Shown piece by piece: positions 41,923 to 52,102 of a stretch of DNA of 64,000 bases. The notes under the pieces were generated by a model. It was not told the DNA's origin. It saw only the letters and a list, made by a program, of their open reading frames with translations, and searched no databases. Source of the DNA: Bacteroidaceae bacterium (GTDB lineage: Bacteria; Bacteroidota; Bacteroidia; Bacteroidales; Bacteroidaceae); assembly GCA_017556585.1 (NCBI GenBank), contig JAFYMP010000044.1, positions 26,463 to 90,462 of the forward strand. Reading direction: 5' to 3'. The stretch's first letter is position 1. The number at the start of each line of letters is the position of its first letter. A program made the position numbers and the translations under genes.

Positions 41923-43788
41923 TTAATCTTCCAGTTTGTTGTACCAATTCTTTTTCAAGATAATTGTACCTACCACTATGCACATAACAGCCAATCCCAA
42001 ACCCACAAAGTCTTTTACAACCAGATAGATAGGTCCGGCAACCAATGCTGTCTGCCAAACTATACCTGCGGCTACATTAACCATATCCTTAACAAAGTTC
42101 TTATTCTCCTTGAAGTCAGGATGTTCTGCCATTACTTTCTCTTTTATTGGTTTCCAGAAGCCCCAAGGACGAGTTTTGTAGTAGAAGTTCTTCAATGTTT
42201 CTTCGTCAGTTGGCTCTGTAGTATAAGTTCCTACCAAACATCCTATTACTGAGAACAGAAGAATTATTGGGAAGTAATAGAGAGCCGAAACAGAACCCCA
42301 CTGATTAAAGAATGGTATTTGTGAAAGTAATAGTGCCGGTATCAAACCGAATACCATACCCCATGCAAAACCGCGTGAGTTAAATCTCCACCAGTGCCAT
42401 TTAAGTACATTTGCTGCAACATAGCTACCATAAAGTGCATTTGTTACCCATTGCAAAATACTATTAACATCTTGTGCCAAAACGCCAAAGCCAATACTAA
42501 TCAGTACAACCACCAAACCTACTATGTAGTTGGCATTTGTAGCCTGTTTTGGAGTAGCCTGCGGCTTGAAATATTTAATGTAAATATCGTTCACAATATA
42601 TGCCTGAGCCGCATTCAGTGTGCCGGCGAATGTTGACATAAATGCAGCAAGCAAACCAGCTACAAGCAGACCGGTCAAACCTGCAGGTATGCAGGAATGA
42701 TTAATTATAGCCGGAAGTACCAATTCAAAGTCTATATTACCTGCGCTGTTGCGTACCAATGGTTCTATATCGCTAAATAGTATTAAGCCAAGTACTGCAA
42801 TACCCGCAATCATAAGATAACGAACAGGCATTAAAACCACAGTTACAAAACCACTCATCATAGATGCCTCTTTAGGCGATTTTGTAGAAAGAATCTTCTG
42901 CATATCGTAAGTTGGAGCAGGGCCGGCTATACTTACCATTATACCCTTTACCAATACTAACCCAAAGAAGAGACTGAATAGTGAATATCCATCGGATGCT
43001 ATTGTTTTATTAAACTCTTCCAATGCTCCGGACCAGCTGATTCCCAATCCTGAACCTTTCCACCACATAGAGGTCCAACCTTCCGGAAGTATGGCCATTA
43101 AATCAAAATCGGTAAGTTTTACCATTGCAATTACAGCTATTGCTATAGATGCCAAAGTCATTAACACATATTGTGCCACATCGGCCCAGACTATACTTGT
43201 CATACCTCCAAGCAGTGAATAGAAGACTGCAAACAGAGTAAACAGTATGCCCCATACATGAGGAACGTATGCATCGGGCAGTGAAGACAAGAATGGGAAT
43301 ACGGTCTTAAGAGGAAGGAATATCTCAACAAATTTTCCCAAACCTATAAAACCATACGCAAGCATACTGAGACACACAATAATTGCAAACACTACAATAA
43401 TCCAATGAGAGAACTTAGCCCCTGAATCTTTACCAAAACGGAATCCTATCCACTCAGCTCCTGTAGTACAGTTAGATCTTCTTAGCCATGTGGACAGATA
43501 TGCCATTAGGAAAATCTGGTTAAATACAGGCCATACCCAAGGCATAAATACGCTCTTCAATCCATATACAACGGTAATACCTACCAGCCATACTGTTCCG
43601 GATATATCAAACATACCGGATGCATTTGACAGTCCCAACAGATACCAAGGGATGTTTTTACCGCCTAAAAGATAAGTTTCAAGGTTTTTAGATGCCTGTT
43701 TTTTCAGATAAATACCAATAAAAATCAGGATACCCAAATAAGCTGCTATAATAAGCAGGTCGGCAGTAGTTAATGCGATTTGTCTCAT
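41923..43788 (-). CDS. sodium:solute symporter (SSS) family transporter
   Basis: 621 aa with about 13-14 TM helices and an SSS-like N-terminus (YLLGGKNIPWYLLGLS). Lies directly upstream of the GH94 gene on the same strand, with a 21-nt gap. Confidence 0.82.
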   Translation of the reverse strand: MRQIALTTADLLIIAAYLGILIFIGIYLKKQASKNLETYLLGGKNIPWYLLGLSNASGMFDISGTVWLVGITVVYGLKSVFMPWVWPVFNQIFLMAYLSTWLRRSNCTTGAEWIGFRFGKDSGAKFSHWIIVVFAIIVCLSMLAYGFIGLGKFVEIFLPLKTVFPFLSSLPDAYVPHVWGILFTLFAVFYSLLGGMTSIVWADVAQYVLMTLASIAIAVIAMVKLTDFDLMAILPEGWTSMWWKGSGLGISWSGALEEFNKTIASDGYSLFSLFFGLVLVKGIMVSIAGPAPTYDMQKILSTKSPKEASMMSGFVTVVLMPVRYLMIAGIAVLGLILFSDIEPLVRNSAGNIDFELVLPAIINHSCIPAGLTGLLVAGLLAAFMSTFAGTLNAAQAYIVNDIYIKYFKPQATPKQATNANYIVGLVVVLISIGFGVLAQDVNSILQWVTNALYGSYVAANVLKWHWWRFNSRGFAWGMVFGLIPALLLSQIPFFNQWGSVSALYYFPIILLFSVIGCLVGTYTTEPTDEETLKNFYYKTRPWGFWKPIKEKVMAEHPDFKENKNFVKDMVNVAAGIVWQTALVAGPIYLVVKDFVGLGLAVMCIVVGTIILKKNWYNKLED

Positions 43789-43890
43789 TTTAATTACAAT
43801 TAGTTAGTAATAGGTTAGTTTATTGAAACGCAAATTTAATAAAGTTATTTAATAGAAGTCCATTATTTTGATAAAATACATAACTTTGCA

Positions 43891-44793
43891 ATGATGATAA
43901 GATTCAGTTTAGTTATTGCCACCTACAACAGAGCAGAGCAACTTATGATAACGTTACGTTCTGTGGCAGCCCAAACGGCCGATGAGACCATTTGGGAGTG
44001 CATTGTTGTGGACAACAACTCCCAAGACCACACATGCAGAAACATTGATCAGTTTATTGCAGACAACCCATCACTGAACATCAAGTATTGTCTGGAAAAA
44101 CAGCAAGGGCTATCACATGCAAGAAATGCAGGTATCAACAATGCTCTGGGAGACATTATTGCTTTTATTGACGATGACGAACATATAGTTCCGGAATTTA
44201 TAGATTCATATATCGAACTATTTGATAGGATTCCACAAGCTATGTCAGCTGGCGGAAGAATAATAGCTGAATATCCGGGAGGCAGACCGGTCTGGATGTC
44301 AAAATATTCAGAAGAACCTATTGCAAACCCAATGGATTTTGGAGATGAAATAAAACCATTTCCCAAAGGACGTATTCCCGGCGGTGGTAATATGGCTATG
44401 AGAAAAACAGTGTTTGAAGAGATAGGAGTTTTTGACACCACATTAGGACGTACAGGCAAAAAACTTTCAGGTGGTGAAGAGAGCGATCTGTTTGAACGAA
44501 TGAAATCCAAAGGTATGGAGTGTTACTACGTTCCCAAAGCCGTAATGTATCACATTATTCCGGAATCAAAATTAAACAGAGACTATTTTGCACGTTTGGC
44601 ATTCAACAACGGAATTGGTCAATGGACCAGAGCCACATTGCATAATCACAGATTCCGCCTTGTTTGCAAAGAGTGCTGCAAATGGATTGCCACATTACTT
44701 CTCTGCTTGACGCATAAACCTGCACAATCAAAGTATCTTATCATAATGCGTTGGAATATCTCCAAAGGAATAATAAATGCTGCCCGTTCATAA
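43891..44793 (+). CDS. family 2 glycosyltransferase
   Basis: 300 aa. Motifs SLVIATYNR and AFIDDDE (DxD). Confidence 0.85.
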   Translation: MMIRFSLVIATYNRAEQLMITLRSVAAQTADETIWECIVVDNNSQDHTCRNIDQFIADNPSLNIKYCLEKQQGLSHARNAGINNALGDIIAFIDDDEHIVPEFIDSYIELFDRIPQAMSAGGRIIAEYPGGRPVWMSKYSEEPIANPMDFGDEIKPFPKGRIPGGGNMAMRKTVFEEIGVFDTTLGRTGKKLSGGEESDLFERMKSKGMECYYVPKAVMYHIIPESKLNRDYFARLAFNNGIGQWTRATLHNHRFRLVCKECCKWIATLLLCLTHKPAQSKYLIIMRWNISKGIINAARS

Positions 44794-44830
44794 CAGGCAG
44801 CATTTTTAGTATATAGATGTATGAGTTTTA

Positions 44831-45841
44831 TTACAACATATTTACAATAGCATCTATTCTTTGCAGTTCACTCTCCGTAAAGTTTATATTCTCCACTGCT
44901 TTTATATTGGCTTTCAGTTGTTTGGAACTACTCGCACCAATAATTGCCGATGTCACTGCATTATTTTTCAACAACCAGGACAACGCCATAGCAGAGAGTG
45001 TCTGCCCTCTGTCTGTTGCGACTTCGTCCAAAGCAGAGATTCGCTGTAACATTTCGTCAGTAAGAACATCACGTTTCAAAAAAAAGTTTCTGGCCATTCT
45101 TGAATCGGCCGGTATGCCATTCAAATATCTATCGGTTAAAAGTCCTTGTGCCAATGGTGAAAAGGCGGTAAATCCTACTCCGGCCTCCTTACAAGTTTCT
45201 AAAATACCTTCTGTTTCGGGCTGACGATGAAAGATATTGTACTTTCCCTGATAAATTAAACAAGGTACATCATGCTCTTTAAGATACGAAAAGACAAACT
45301 GTAACGTATGTAATGGATAATTTGATATACCCACATAAAGAGCCTTACCGCTACGAACAATATCCACCAATGCCTGCATTGTCTCCTCTAACGGAGTGTC
45401 AGGATCGTATCTGTGAGAATAAAAAAGATCCACATAATCTACCTTCATTCTCTTTAAACTTTGGTCTAAACTGCTTATCAGATATTTTCTGGAACCTCCG
45501 TTACCGTATGGGCCCTGCCACATATCGTAACCGGCTTTAGTGACCAAAAAGAGTTCGTCCCTGTATGGTTTGAAAGAGCGTTCGTAAATAGCGCCAAAAG
45601 TCTCTTCTGCAGTTCCGTAAAGCGGACCGTAGTTATTTGCCAAATCGAAACATGTAATACCATTATCGAAAGCTGTATGCAGTATATTTACACAGTTTTC
45701 CAAATTATCTACGCTTCCAAAGTTATGCCACATTCCCAATGACAACAATGGCAAATAGAGCCCACTATTTCCACATTTTCTATATGGCATTCTTCCGTCA
45801 TATCTGTTGACATCAGGTATATAGTTCTCTTTTATATTCAT
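44831..45841 (-). CDS. aldo/keto reductase (YghZ/Gpr-like)
   Basis: 336 aa. Motifs MPYRKCGNSGLYLPLLSLGMWHNFG, FDLANNYG and HRYDP. Confidence 0.88.
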   Translation of the reverse strand: MNIKENYIPDVNRYDGRMPYRKCGNSGLYLPLLSLGMWHNFGSVDNLENCVNILHTAFDNGITCFDLANNYGPLYGTAEETFGAIYERSFKPYRDELFLVTKAGYDMWQGPYGNGGSRKYLISSLDQSLKRMKVDYVDLFYSHRYDPDTPLEETMQALVDIVRSGKALYVGISNYPLHTLQFVFSYLKEHDVPCLIYQGKYNIFHRQPETEGILETCKEAGVGFTAFSPLAQGLLTDRYLNGIPADSRMARNFFLKRDVLTDEMLQRISALDEVATDRGQTLSAMALSWLLKNNAVTSAIIGASSSKQLKANIKAVENINFTESELQRIDAIVNML

Positions 45842-45859
45842 GCAAATTTAATTTAAATA

Positions 45860-47863
45860 TTATCTATACAATCTATACACAACAAAAGTTTTGGCAGGAA
45901 TTGTTACAGATAAATTCTGACCATTTAATTCAATCTCACTTGTTATAGGTTTGATTGTTTCGGGAGCTATAACCAAATTGGTATGTGGAACATTATCGGC
46001 ATAAATATCATCGGAATGCAAGGTGGTTACCACACCCTTTTTCAATGTTTCATTACGCTTTAAGCCAGACAAAGCCACATTTATCTCCTGACTCTCATCA
46101 CCTATATTGATTACCTTTATTACAATTGTATTATCGGTTTCATCGTACACTGCACTTGCATAAAGCCCATCCTGTCCTGCTGCACCTGTATATGGTTTCT
46201 GTGCATCATCCAACAGTTTCAGCACATGTGTTCCCTTATTTGTGCTGTACATCTGCTGAACATAATAGCTGCAACTGCGTGTTACATTCAGATTATCATA
46301 CCAGATAAGGTCCGGACGCCACTGCCAGCCTTCCACATGGGCAAACAGAGGTGCGTATGTTGCCATACGAACTATATCGGCATTACGCTCCAATCCTGTC
46401 ATGAATCCGGCCTCAAGCAGAGAGGCATTAAAGTGATTCCACTTTCTGCCCGCACCATGGCATGCATACTCACCTGCAAACACCTTTGGGCCCTTACGTT
46501 CATAGCTGTCGTAACGGGCAGCATTGTTTATAAACCAATCCTCAGGGCAATAATAGTGCTCATCTACCAAATCGGCCTCCAGTTCTTTCATCTTAGGCCA
46601 GAGATAATCAAAGTAATCACCACTTGCGTATGGTCATGAAGTTCCAACAATCTCTATTTCAGGACAGTTTTTACGCAATGCTTCAATGAATGGAACTACG
46701 TGTTCTATGTACTCTTCGCCCCACTGTTCATTACCTACGGCAAGATACTTCATTCCAAATGGTTCCGGATGTCCCATTTCTGCTCTTAAAGCACCCCATC
46801 TGGTATTTACATCACCATTTGCAAATTCCACCAAATCTATTGCATCCTGTACAAAAACGTCTATCTCTTCCAATGAGCAATGTGCATCTCTACCATTCTG
46901 GAACTGACAAGCCAGTCCGCAACTAACCACAGGAAGAGGTTCTGCGCCTATATCTTCGCAAAGCTGAAAGAATTCAAAGAAGCCCATACCATAGCTTTGG
47001 AAATAATCGGGGAAGAGACGTGAATCGAAAGTATAGTGCCAACGGTTTTCATTCAGTTTTCTATTCTCCACAGGGCCAACTGAGTTTTTCCAATTATATC
47101 GTGTTTCTAAATCGGTTCCCTCTACTATACAACCACCCGGGAAACGGAACACACCAGGTTTCATATCGGCTAAAGCCTGAACCAGGTCCTTTCTTAATCC
47201 ATTCTCACGCCCTTTCCATGTATCAACAGGAAATAGTGAAACATGCTCCAGATCCACATTTGACTGACCTGTTAAAAATATTCTAAGTTGTGCCTTGCTG
47301 ATTGTAACAGGCGATGTCAATTCTACCGTATATTTTTTCCAATCTTTAGAATCTACACGCAGATTGTGTTTTACAAAAGCCTGCTGTTCGCCCATAGATG
47401 CTCTGTCAATCAATTCTATTCTGATAGAAGATCCACGCGGAGCATCACTACGTGCATAAACTGAAAAGCGGTATTTTTCACCGGCCTTTAATCCAATACC
47501 AAAGAAACCTTCGTTGGTAATTGCAGTGAATTTTGCACCGTGTCCCGACCCACCTAAACGAACATAATTAGGATTGTTTTCAAATGGGCCATCATTCATA
47601 ATCTGCACATTTCCGGCTGGAAGCCATCCTGTCAGAGCATACGGAAAATCGAATGAACGGTTCTTCACCAATTCTGCATACAGACCACCATCGGCTGCAA
47701 AGTTTATGTCTTCAAAAAAGAGTCCATACATAGTGTTACTTATCTCTGCACCCTTCTTTTTAACATCGATATTCATCTGGTGTACTCCATCAGCGTATGA
47801 TACACCAAATCCCGCCCACGCAATGAGAGCAGGCAGGATCAGTTTAAATCTTGATATTTTCAT
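45860..47863 (-). pseudogene. GH51 alpha-L-arabinofuranosidase interrupted by a single in-frame TGA
   Basis: Track ORFs 46634-47863 (signal peptide through the GNE catalytic region, YLAVGNEQWG) and 45860-46591 (Alpha-L-AF_C-like) are in the same frame. The read-through is ...EIVGTS-TGA(46634-46636)-PYASGDYFDYLWPKMKELEADLVDEHYY... Confidence 0.85.
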
Positions 47864-47879
47864 TTTTATTCCTTAATTG

Positions 47880-49394
47880 TCAATCCACTTTGATTGGTTC
47901 ATATTTTGGAACCAGCGATTTCATAATAGCCCAGCCAATCAGATAGCACAATCCGCAAATACAGAACATGATGAAATATCCTGCCGGTTTACCGGTGAAT
48001 CCCATAAATTCCATTGCAGGACGAACATATTGTGCGCCGCTTTCCAATAATGCTTTGGTCATTTCCACCTCCTGACCATTCACCATAGTTGTTCCTGAAG
48101 CATACACAAACAATATACCGGACAGTTTATTAAAGAGGAAACAGCTCAAACCGCCAGCCATACCACCAATACCTGTAATTGTAGCTACTGAACTGCGTGG
48201 GAACATATCACTTACTGTTGAAAACAGATTTGCACTCCATGACTGATGTGAAGCACCTGCTATACCTACAATTACCACTGGGAACCAGAAGGATATTGAT
48301 CCTAAAGGCTGTGCCAGCAGTGCCAGCAATGGAATAAATGCAAAAATCAACATTGCACGCATCTTGCCTGCATATGGTTCCATCTGCTTTTTCTCTACAA
48401 AATATTTTGGCAGATAACCGCCAATTACAGAGAAAAGACAGATAAAGTAGATGGTAAACAGTCCCCAACGGCTCTGAGGTGTATCTGTTGTGTAGCCATA
48501 TACTGAACTTAGATATACCGGCATCCAGAAGAGGAAGAACCACCAGGCACCATCTGAGAAGAATTTACCTGCTGCAAAAGCCCAGGTCTGCTTAAATGAG
48601 AAACATTTCCAGAATGAAATTACATTTTCGTCCTTCTGAACATTTTTCTCCGCGGTCTTCTCCTCTGAATCCTGATGAATATAAGCAAGTTCTGCCTGAT
48701 TTACAAACTTTGACTGCTCTGGCTTTTCATACATAAAGTACCAGAAAACCAGCCAGATAAAGCCCAATCCACCGATTACTATGAATGCCATCTCCCATCC
48801 CCACTTCTGTGCCAGCAATGGAATACAGAGAGGAGCCAGCAAAGCACCTACCTGAGCACCCTGATTATATACACTTGTTGCAAATGCGCGATCCTTCTTT
48901 GGGAAGTATTCTGCTACCACTTTATTTGCAGCAGGGAAGTTACCTGATTCACCTACTGCCAACACAAATCGTGCTGCAATAAAGAGCCACATACTTGTTG
49001 TAGATATTGCCAGTGCTATATTGCCTGTAGCCTGAATCATTGCTTCTTTACCCTCCAGACCTACAAACCATTGTGTTGCTACACCACATACTGCATGCGC
49101 ACAAGCGCCTAATGACCATACACCAATAGCCCAGATATAGCCCCACTTTGTTCCGAACTTATCTACAAAGCGTCCTACAAATAACATAGAACATGCATAG
49201 AGCAGCGAGAACCAGCCTGTTATATTACCGTATGTCGCATCGTCCCAATGGAATTCCGGTGCAATAAAATCATTGTAAGTTAAAGATAGAACCTGACGGT
49301 CAAGATAATTGATGGTAGTTGCAAAGAATAGCATTGCGCACAATACCCAACGGTAGTTGCTCATCTTTGCAACAGATTGTTTGTTTTGAGTCAT
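47880..49394 (-). CDS. MFS transporter (anion:cation symporter/ExuT-like)
   Basis: 504 aa with 12 or more TM helices and the INYLDRQVLS motif typical of ACS-family MFS sugar-acid transporters. Confidence 0.8.
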   Translation of the reverse strand: MTQNKQSVAKMSNYRWVLCAMLFFATTINYLDRQVLSLTYNDFIAPEFHWDDATYGNITGWFSLLYACSMLFVGRFVDKFGTKWGYIWAIGVWSLGACAHAVCGVATQWFVGLEGKEAMIQATGNIALAISTTSMWLFIAARFVLAVGESGNFPAANKVVAEYFPKKDRAFATSVYNQGAQVGALLAPLCIPLLAQKWGWEMAFIVIGGLGFIWLVFWYFMYEKPEQSKFVNQAELAYIHQDSEEKTAEKNVQKDENVISFWKCFSFKQTWAFAAGKFFSDGAWWFFLFWMPVYLSSVYGYTTDTPQSRWGLFTIYFICLFSVIGGYLPKYFVEKKQMEPYAGKMRAMLIFAFIPLLALLAQPLGSISFWFPVVIVGIAGASHQSWSANLFSTVSDMFPRSSVATITGIGGMAGGLSCFLFNKLSGILFVYASGTTMVNGQEVEMTKALLESGAQYVRPAMEFMGFTGKPAGYFIMFCICGLCYLIGWAIMKSLVPKYEPIKVD

Positions 49395-49482
49395 AATTTA
49401 TAAGTTTTGTTAGTATTTCAGTTAGTAATTGCAATATTCGTCATTTTTATTGGATTACACAAAAAAAATGTTCTGTTAAGAC

Positions 49483-51948
49483 CTATTCTGTGTAATAAAC
49501 TCTCTTAACTCTGGTAGAAATAGTAGATAAAATTTCGTATGGAATTGTACCTAATACATCCGACAACACTGTCACCGGAAGGGATGGGCCAAATATCTCC
49601 ACGGTATCTCCTTCCGTACACTCAATATCAGTTACATCTATCATGCAAACATCCATACATATATTACCCACATAGTATGCTTTCTTGCCATTTACCAAAC
49701 AATACGCATTTCTATTTCCTAAACGACGATTAAGTCCATCTGCATAACCTATGGGCAGAGCAGCTATTTTGGAATCTCGTTCCAGTACACCTTTTCTGCT
49801 ATACCCTACGGTTTCGTCTTTCGGTAAGTTGCGTATCTGCAATATAGTGGTTTTCAGGGTTGCTACATTGTCAAGCAACTGATTGTTTATAGGATTTACT
49901 CCATATAATCCCAATCCCAGTCTTACCATATCAAAATGTTGTTGTGGCAACCTTTCTATGCCGGCAGAATTACATATATGTCTTGCAATATAATGTCTGA
50001 ATGCCTCTTGTAACGTATCTGCAGCCATTTTAAATCTTTCCACCTGCAATTCTGAATAATCGTCAAAATAGGCCGAATCGCTACCGGCAAAATGAGAGAA
50101 CACAGAACTTGGAATAACCGCAGTCTGACGTTTCAGACGACGCACCAGTTCAGGAATATCAGATGGTGCAAATCCCAATCTGTGCATTCCTGTATCTATT
50201 TTAATATGTATTGGGAAATTTGTTATGCCATTGTGTTCTGCTGCTCGTATCAACTCTTCCAAAAGGTGGAAACTATATATCTCAGGTTCCAATTTGTAAT
50301 CGAAAAGAAGTTTAAATGATGTCCTTTCCGGATTCATTACCATTATGCTTGTGGTTATACCGGCATTACGCAATTCCCTGCCTTCGTCTGCTACTGCAAC
50401 TGCCAAATAATCTACCTTACAATCTTGCAGCGTCTTTGCCACCTCTATAGCACCTGTTCCGTAAGCCGACGCTTTTACCATACATGCTATTTTAGTATCG
50501 GCAGACAACATACCGCGATATTTGTCAAGATTATTAACTATAGCATTAAGATTTACCTCCAGAATTGTCTCATGCACCTTTAGTTCCAATCTCTCTGTTA
50601 TTCTATCAAAATTAAAACTGCGGGCACCCTTCACAAGAACCAATTCGTTTTTAATCTCTTTAAAGACTTGAGAAGAGAGAAGTTTTTCTGTAGATTCAAA
50701 GAAGTACTTTTGATCTACATCAAAAATTTTTGATACAGACGATATATTTTTTCCTACACCTATTAACTTTGTTATACCCCTGCCTTCTACCAGTTGTTTA
50801 ACACGTTTATAGAGTTCATTATTCAACCAACCGGTTTGCAATATATCAGACAGAATCAATGTTCTGGAATGGGATTTGTCATCATGTCTTCTCTCCATAA
50901 AATCCAATGCGATAGAGAGCGATGATATATCGGAATTATAACTGTCATTTATTATTATACAGTTGTTTTTTCCATCTTTTACCTCTAATCGCATAGCCAA
51001 TGGTTCAAGTTTTGCCATACGCTCTGCTATTACATCAGGAGAGAGCATAAGATATAGACAAACCGCCAAACAATGTATGGAATTTTCTATTGAAGCATCA
51101 TCTATAAATGGTATTGAATATTGGTTATCCAGTCCCAAATACCTATACTTGACGATTGTTGAAGCCTTACTTTTTTCAATGGCAGAAATAAAGAGTGGTT
51201 TCTCCTGATTCTTTTTAGACCAAGCTATCTCACCGGCTGTCATAACTGCCTTGTTTACACAACCTTGAATCAATTCATTATCGGCATCGTAAACTAAAAT
51301 ATCACATTTTCTAAACAGATTGAGTTTCTCAATACACTTATCTTGTAAAGTAGAAAAATTCTCCTGATGTGCGCCTCCTATATTTGTTAGAATACCTATT
51401 GTCGGGTTGATTATTTTATATAGTGGCAACATTTCGTTTGGTTTAGAAATACCTGCTTCAAAGATACCTAACTGGGTCTGCCTGTTCATTAGCCAAACCG
51501 ACAAAGGAACACCTATCTGAGAGTTATAGCTCTTAGGCGAACGAGTAACTACGTAGTTCTGTTCCAAAAGCTGATAAAGCCACTCTTTAACAATAGTTTT
51601 ACCGTTACTTCCGGTTATTCCTATCACAGGTATGGAAAATGCCTTGCGGTGCGCCATAGCCAAAGTCTGCAAAGCCAATAATGTATCTTTCACCAATAGG
51701 AAATTAGACTCCAGATAATCGTCCATTCTATCGGGCAACCTACTAACTACAAAGTTTCTGACGCCTTTATCATAAAGATCCCGAATGTATTCATGACCAT
51801 CACGCTTACCTTGTAAGGCAAAGAAAAGAGTCTCATCCGGAAAACACAAAGAACGGCTATCTGTCAGGAGCCAGGCTATTGTTGCCGGACAAAAACCACG
51901 TCTTGATGCTCCTATCATTGAAGTTACAATATCTATAGTGTATCTCAT
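49483..51948 (-). CDS. murF-alr: bifunctional UDP-MurNAc-tripeptide--D-Ala-D-Ala ligase / alanine racemase fusion
   Basis: 821 aa. The N-terminal Mur ligase part has GITGSNGKT. The C-terminal ~370 aa are an alanine racemase with the PLP lysine in CMVKASAYGTGA and the YGVNP motif. Confidence 0.9.
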   Translation of the reverse strand: MRYTIDIVTSMIGASRRGFCPATIAWLLTDSRSLCFPDETLFFALQGKRDGHEYIRDLYDKGVRNFVVSRLPDRMDDYLESNFLLVKDTLLALQTLAMAHRKAFSIPVIGITGSNGKTIVKEWLYQLLEQNYVVTRSPKSYNSQIGVPLSVWLMNRQTQLGIFEAGISKPNEMLPLYKIINPTIGILTNIGGAHQENFSTLQDKCIEKLNLFRKCDILVYDADNELIQGCVNKAVMTAGEIAWSKKNQEKPLFISAIEKSKASTIVKYRYLGLDNQYSIPFIDDASIENSIHCLAVCLYLMLSPDVIAERMAKLEPLAMRLEVKDGKNNCIIINDSYNSDISSLSIALDFMERRHDDKSHSRTLILSDILQTGWLNNELYKRVKQLVEGRGITKLIGVGKNISSVSKIFDVDQKYFFESTEKLLSSQVFKEIKNELVLVKGARSFNFDRITERLELKVHETILEVNLNAIVNNLDKYRGMLSADTKIACMVKASAYGTGAIEVAKTLQDCKVDYLAVAVADEGRELRNAGITTSIMVMNPERTSFKLLFDYKLEPEIYSFHLLEELIRAAEHNGITNFPIHIKIDTGMHRLGFAPSDIPELVRRLKRQTAVIPSSVFSHFAGSDSAYFDDYSELQVERFKMAADTLQEAFRHYIARHICNSAGIERLPQQHFDMVRLGLGLYGVNPINNQLLDNVATLKTTILQIRNLPKDETVGYSRKGVLERDSKIAALPIGYADGLNRRLGNRNAYCLVNGKKAYYVGNICMDVCMIDVTDIECTEGDTVEIFGPSLPVTVLSDVLGTIPYEILSTISTRVKRVYYTE

Positions 51949-52045
51949 ACTTGCAAAATCGTTACTTGAAGTGCAAAATAAGACATTATTTTCAAAACAT
52001 TCCCATCAATAGGGCATTTTATTATGAAAAAACAGACATTTTTAT

Positions 52046-52053
52046 TAGTTTTG
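52046..52053 (+). promoter_or_regulatory. -7 promoter box upstream of dxs
   Basis: TAGTTTTG lies 49 nt upstream of the ATG at 52103. Confidence 0.4.
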
Positions 52054-52102
52054 CAAATTGCATGCAAGCATCTAACTAACACAAGCAAAAGAAAAGATGT
52101 AA

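Noticed and set aside
43881-43888. TAACTTTG upstream of the GT2 gene as its -7 promoter box
   Set aside because: It ends only 2 nt before the ATG at 43891. The expected transcription start would then fall inside or after the start codon, and the nearest TTTG is only 10 nt upstream. This geometry does not fit the other promoters here.
44049-45224. 153-aa minus-strand ORF inside the GT2 gene and 135-aa plus-strand ORF inside the aldo/keto reductase gene
   Set aside because: Both are antisense to CDS with clear family motifs (DxD GT2; the AKR N-terminus). Neither has a promoter box or motifs of its own.
46634-46636. The in-frame TGA in the GH51 gene as selenocysteine or recoded Gly/Trp
   Set aside because: TGA is used as an ordinary stop by other genes in the window. 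I saw no SECIS-like hairpin immediately downstream, and GH51 enzymes are not known selenoproteins. A nonsense mutation or sequencing error is more parsimonious.
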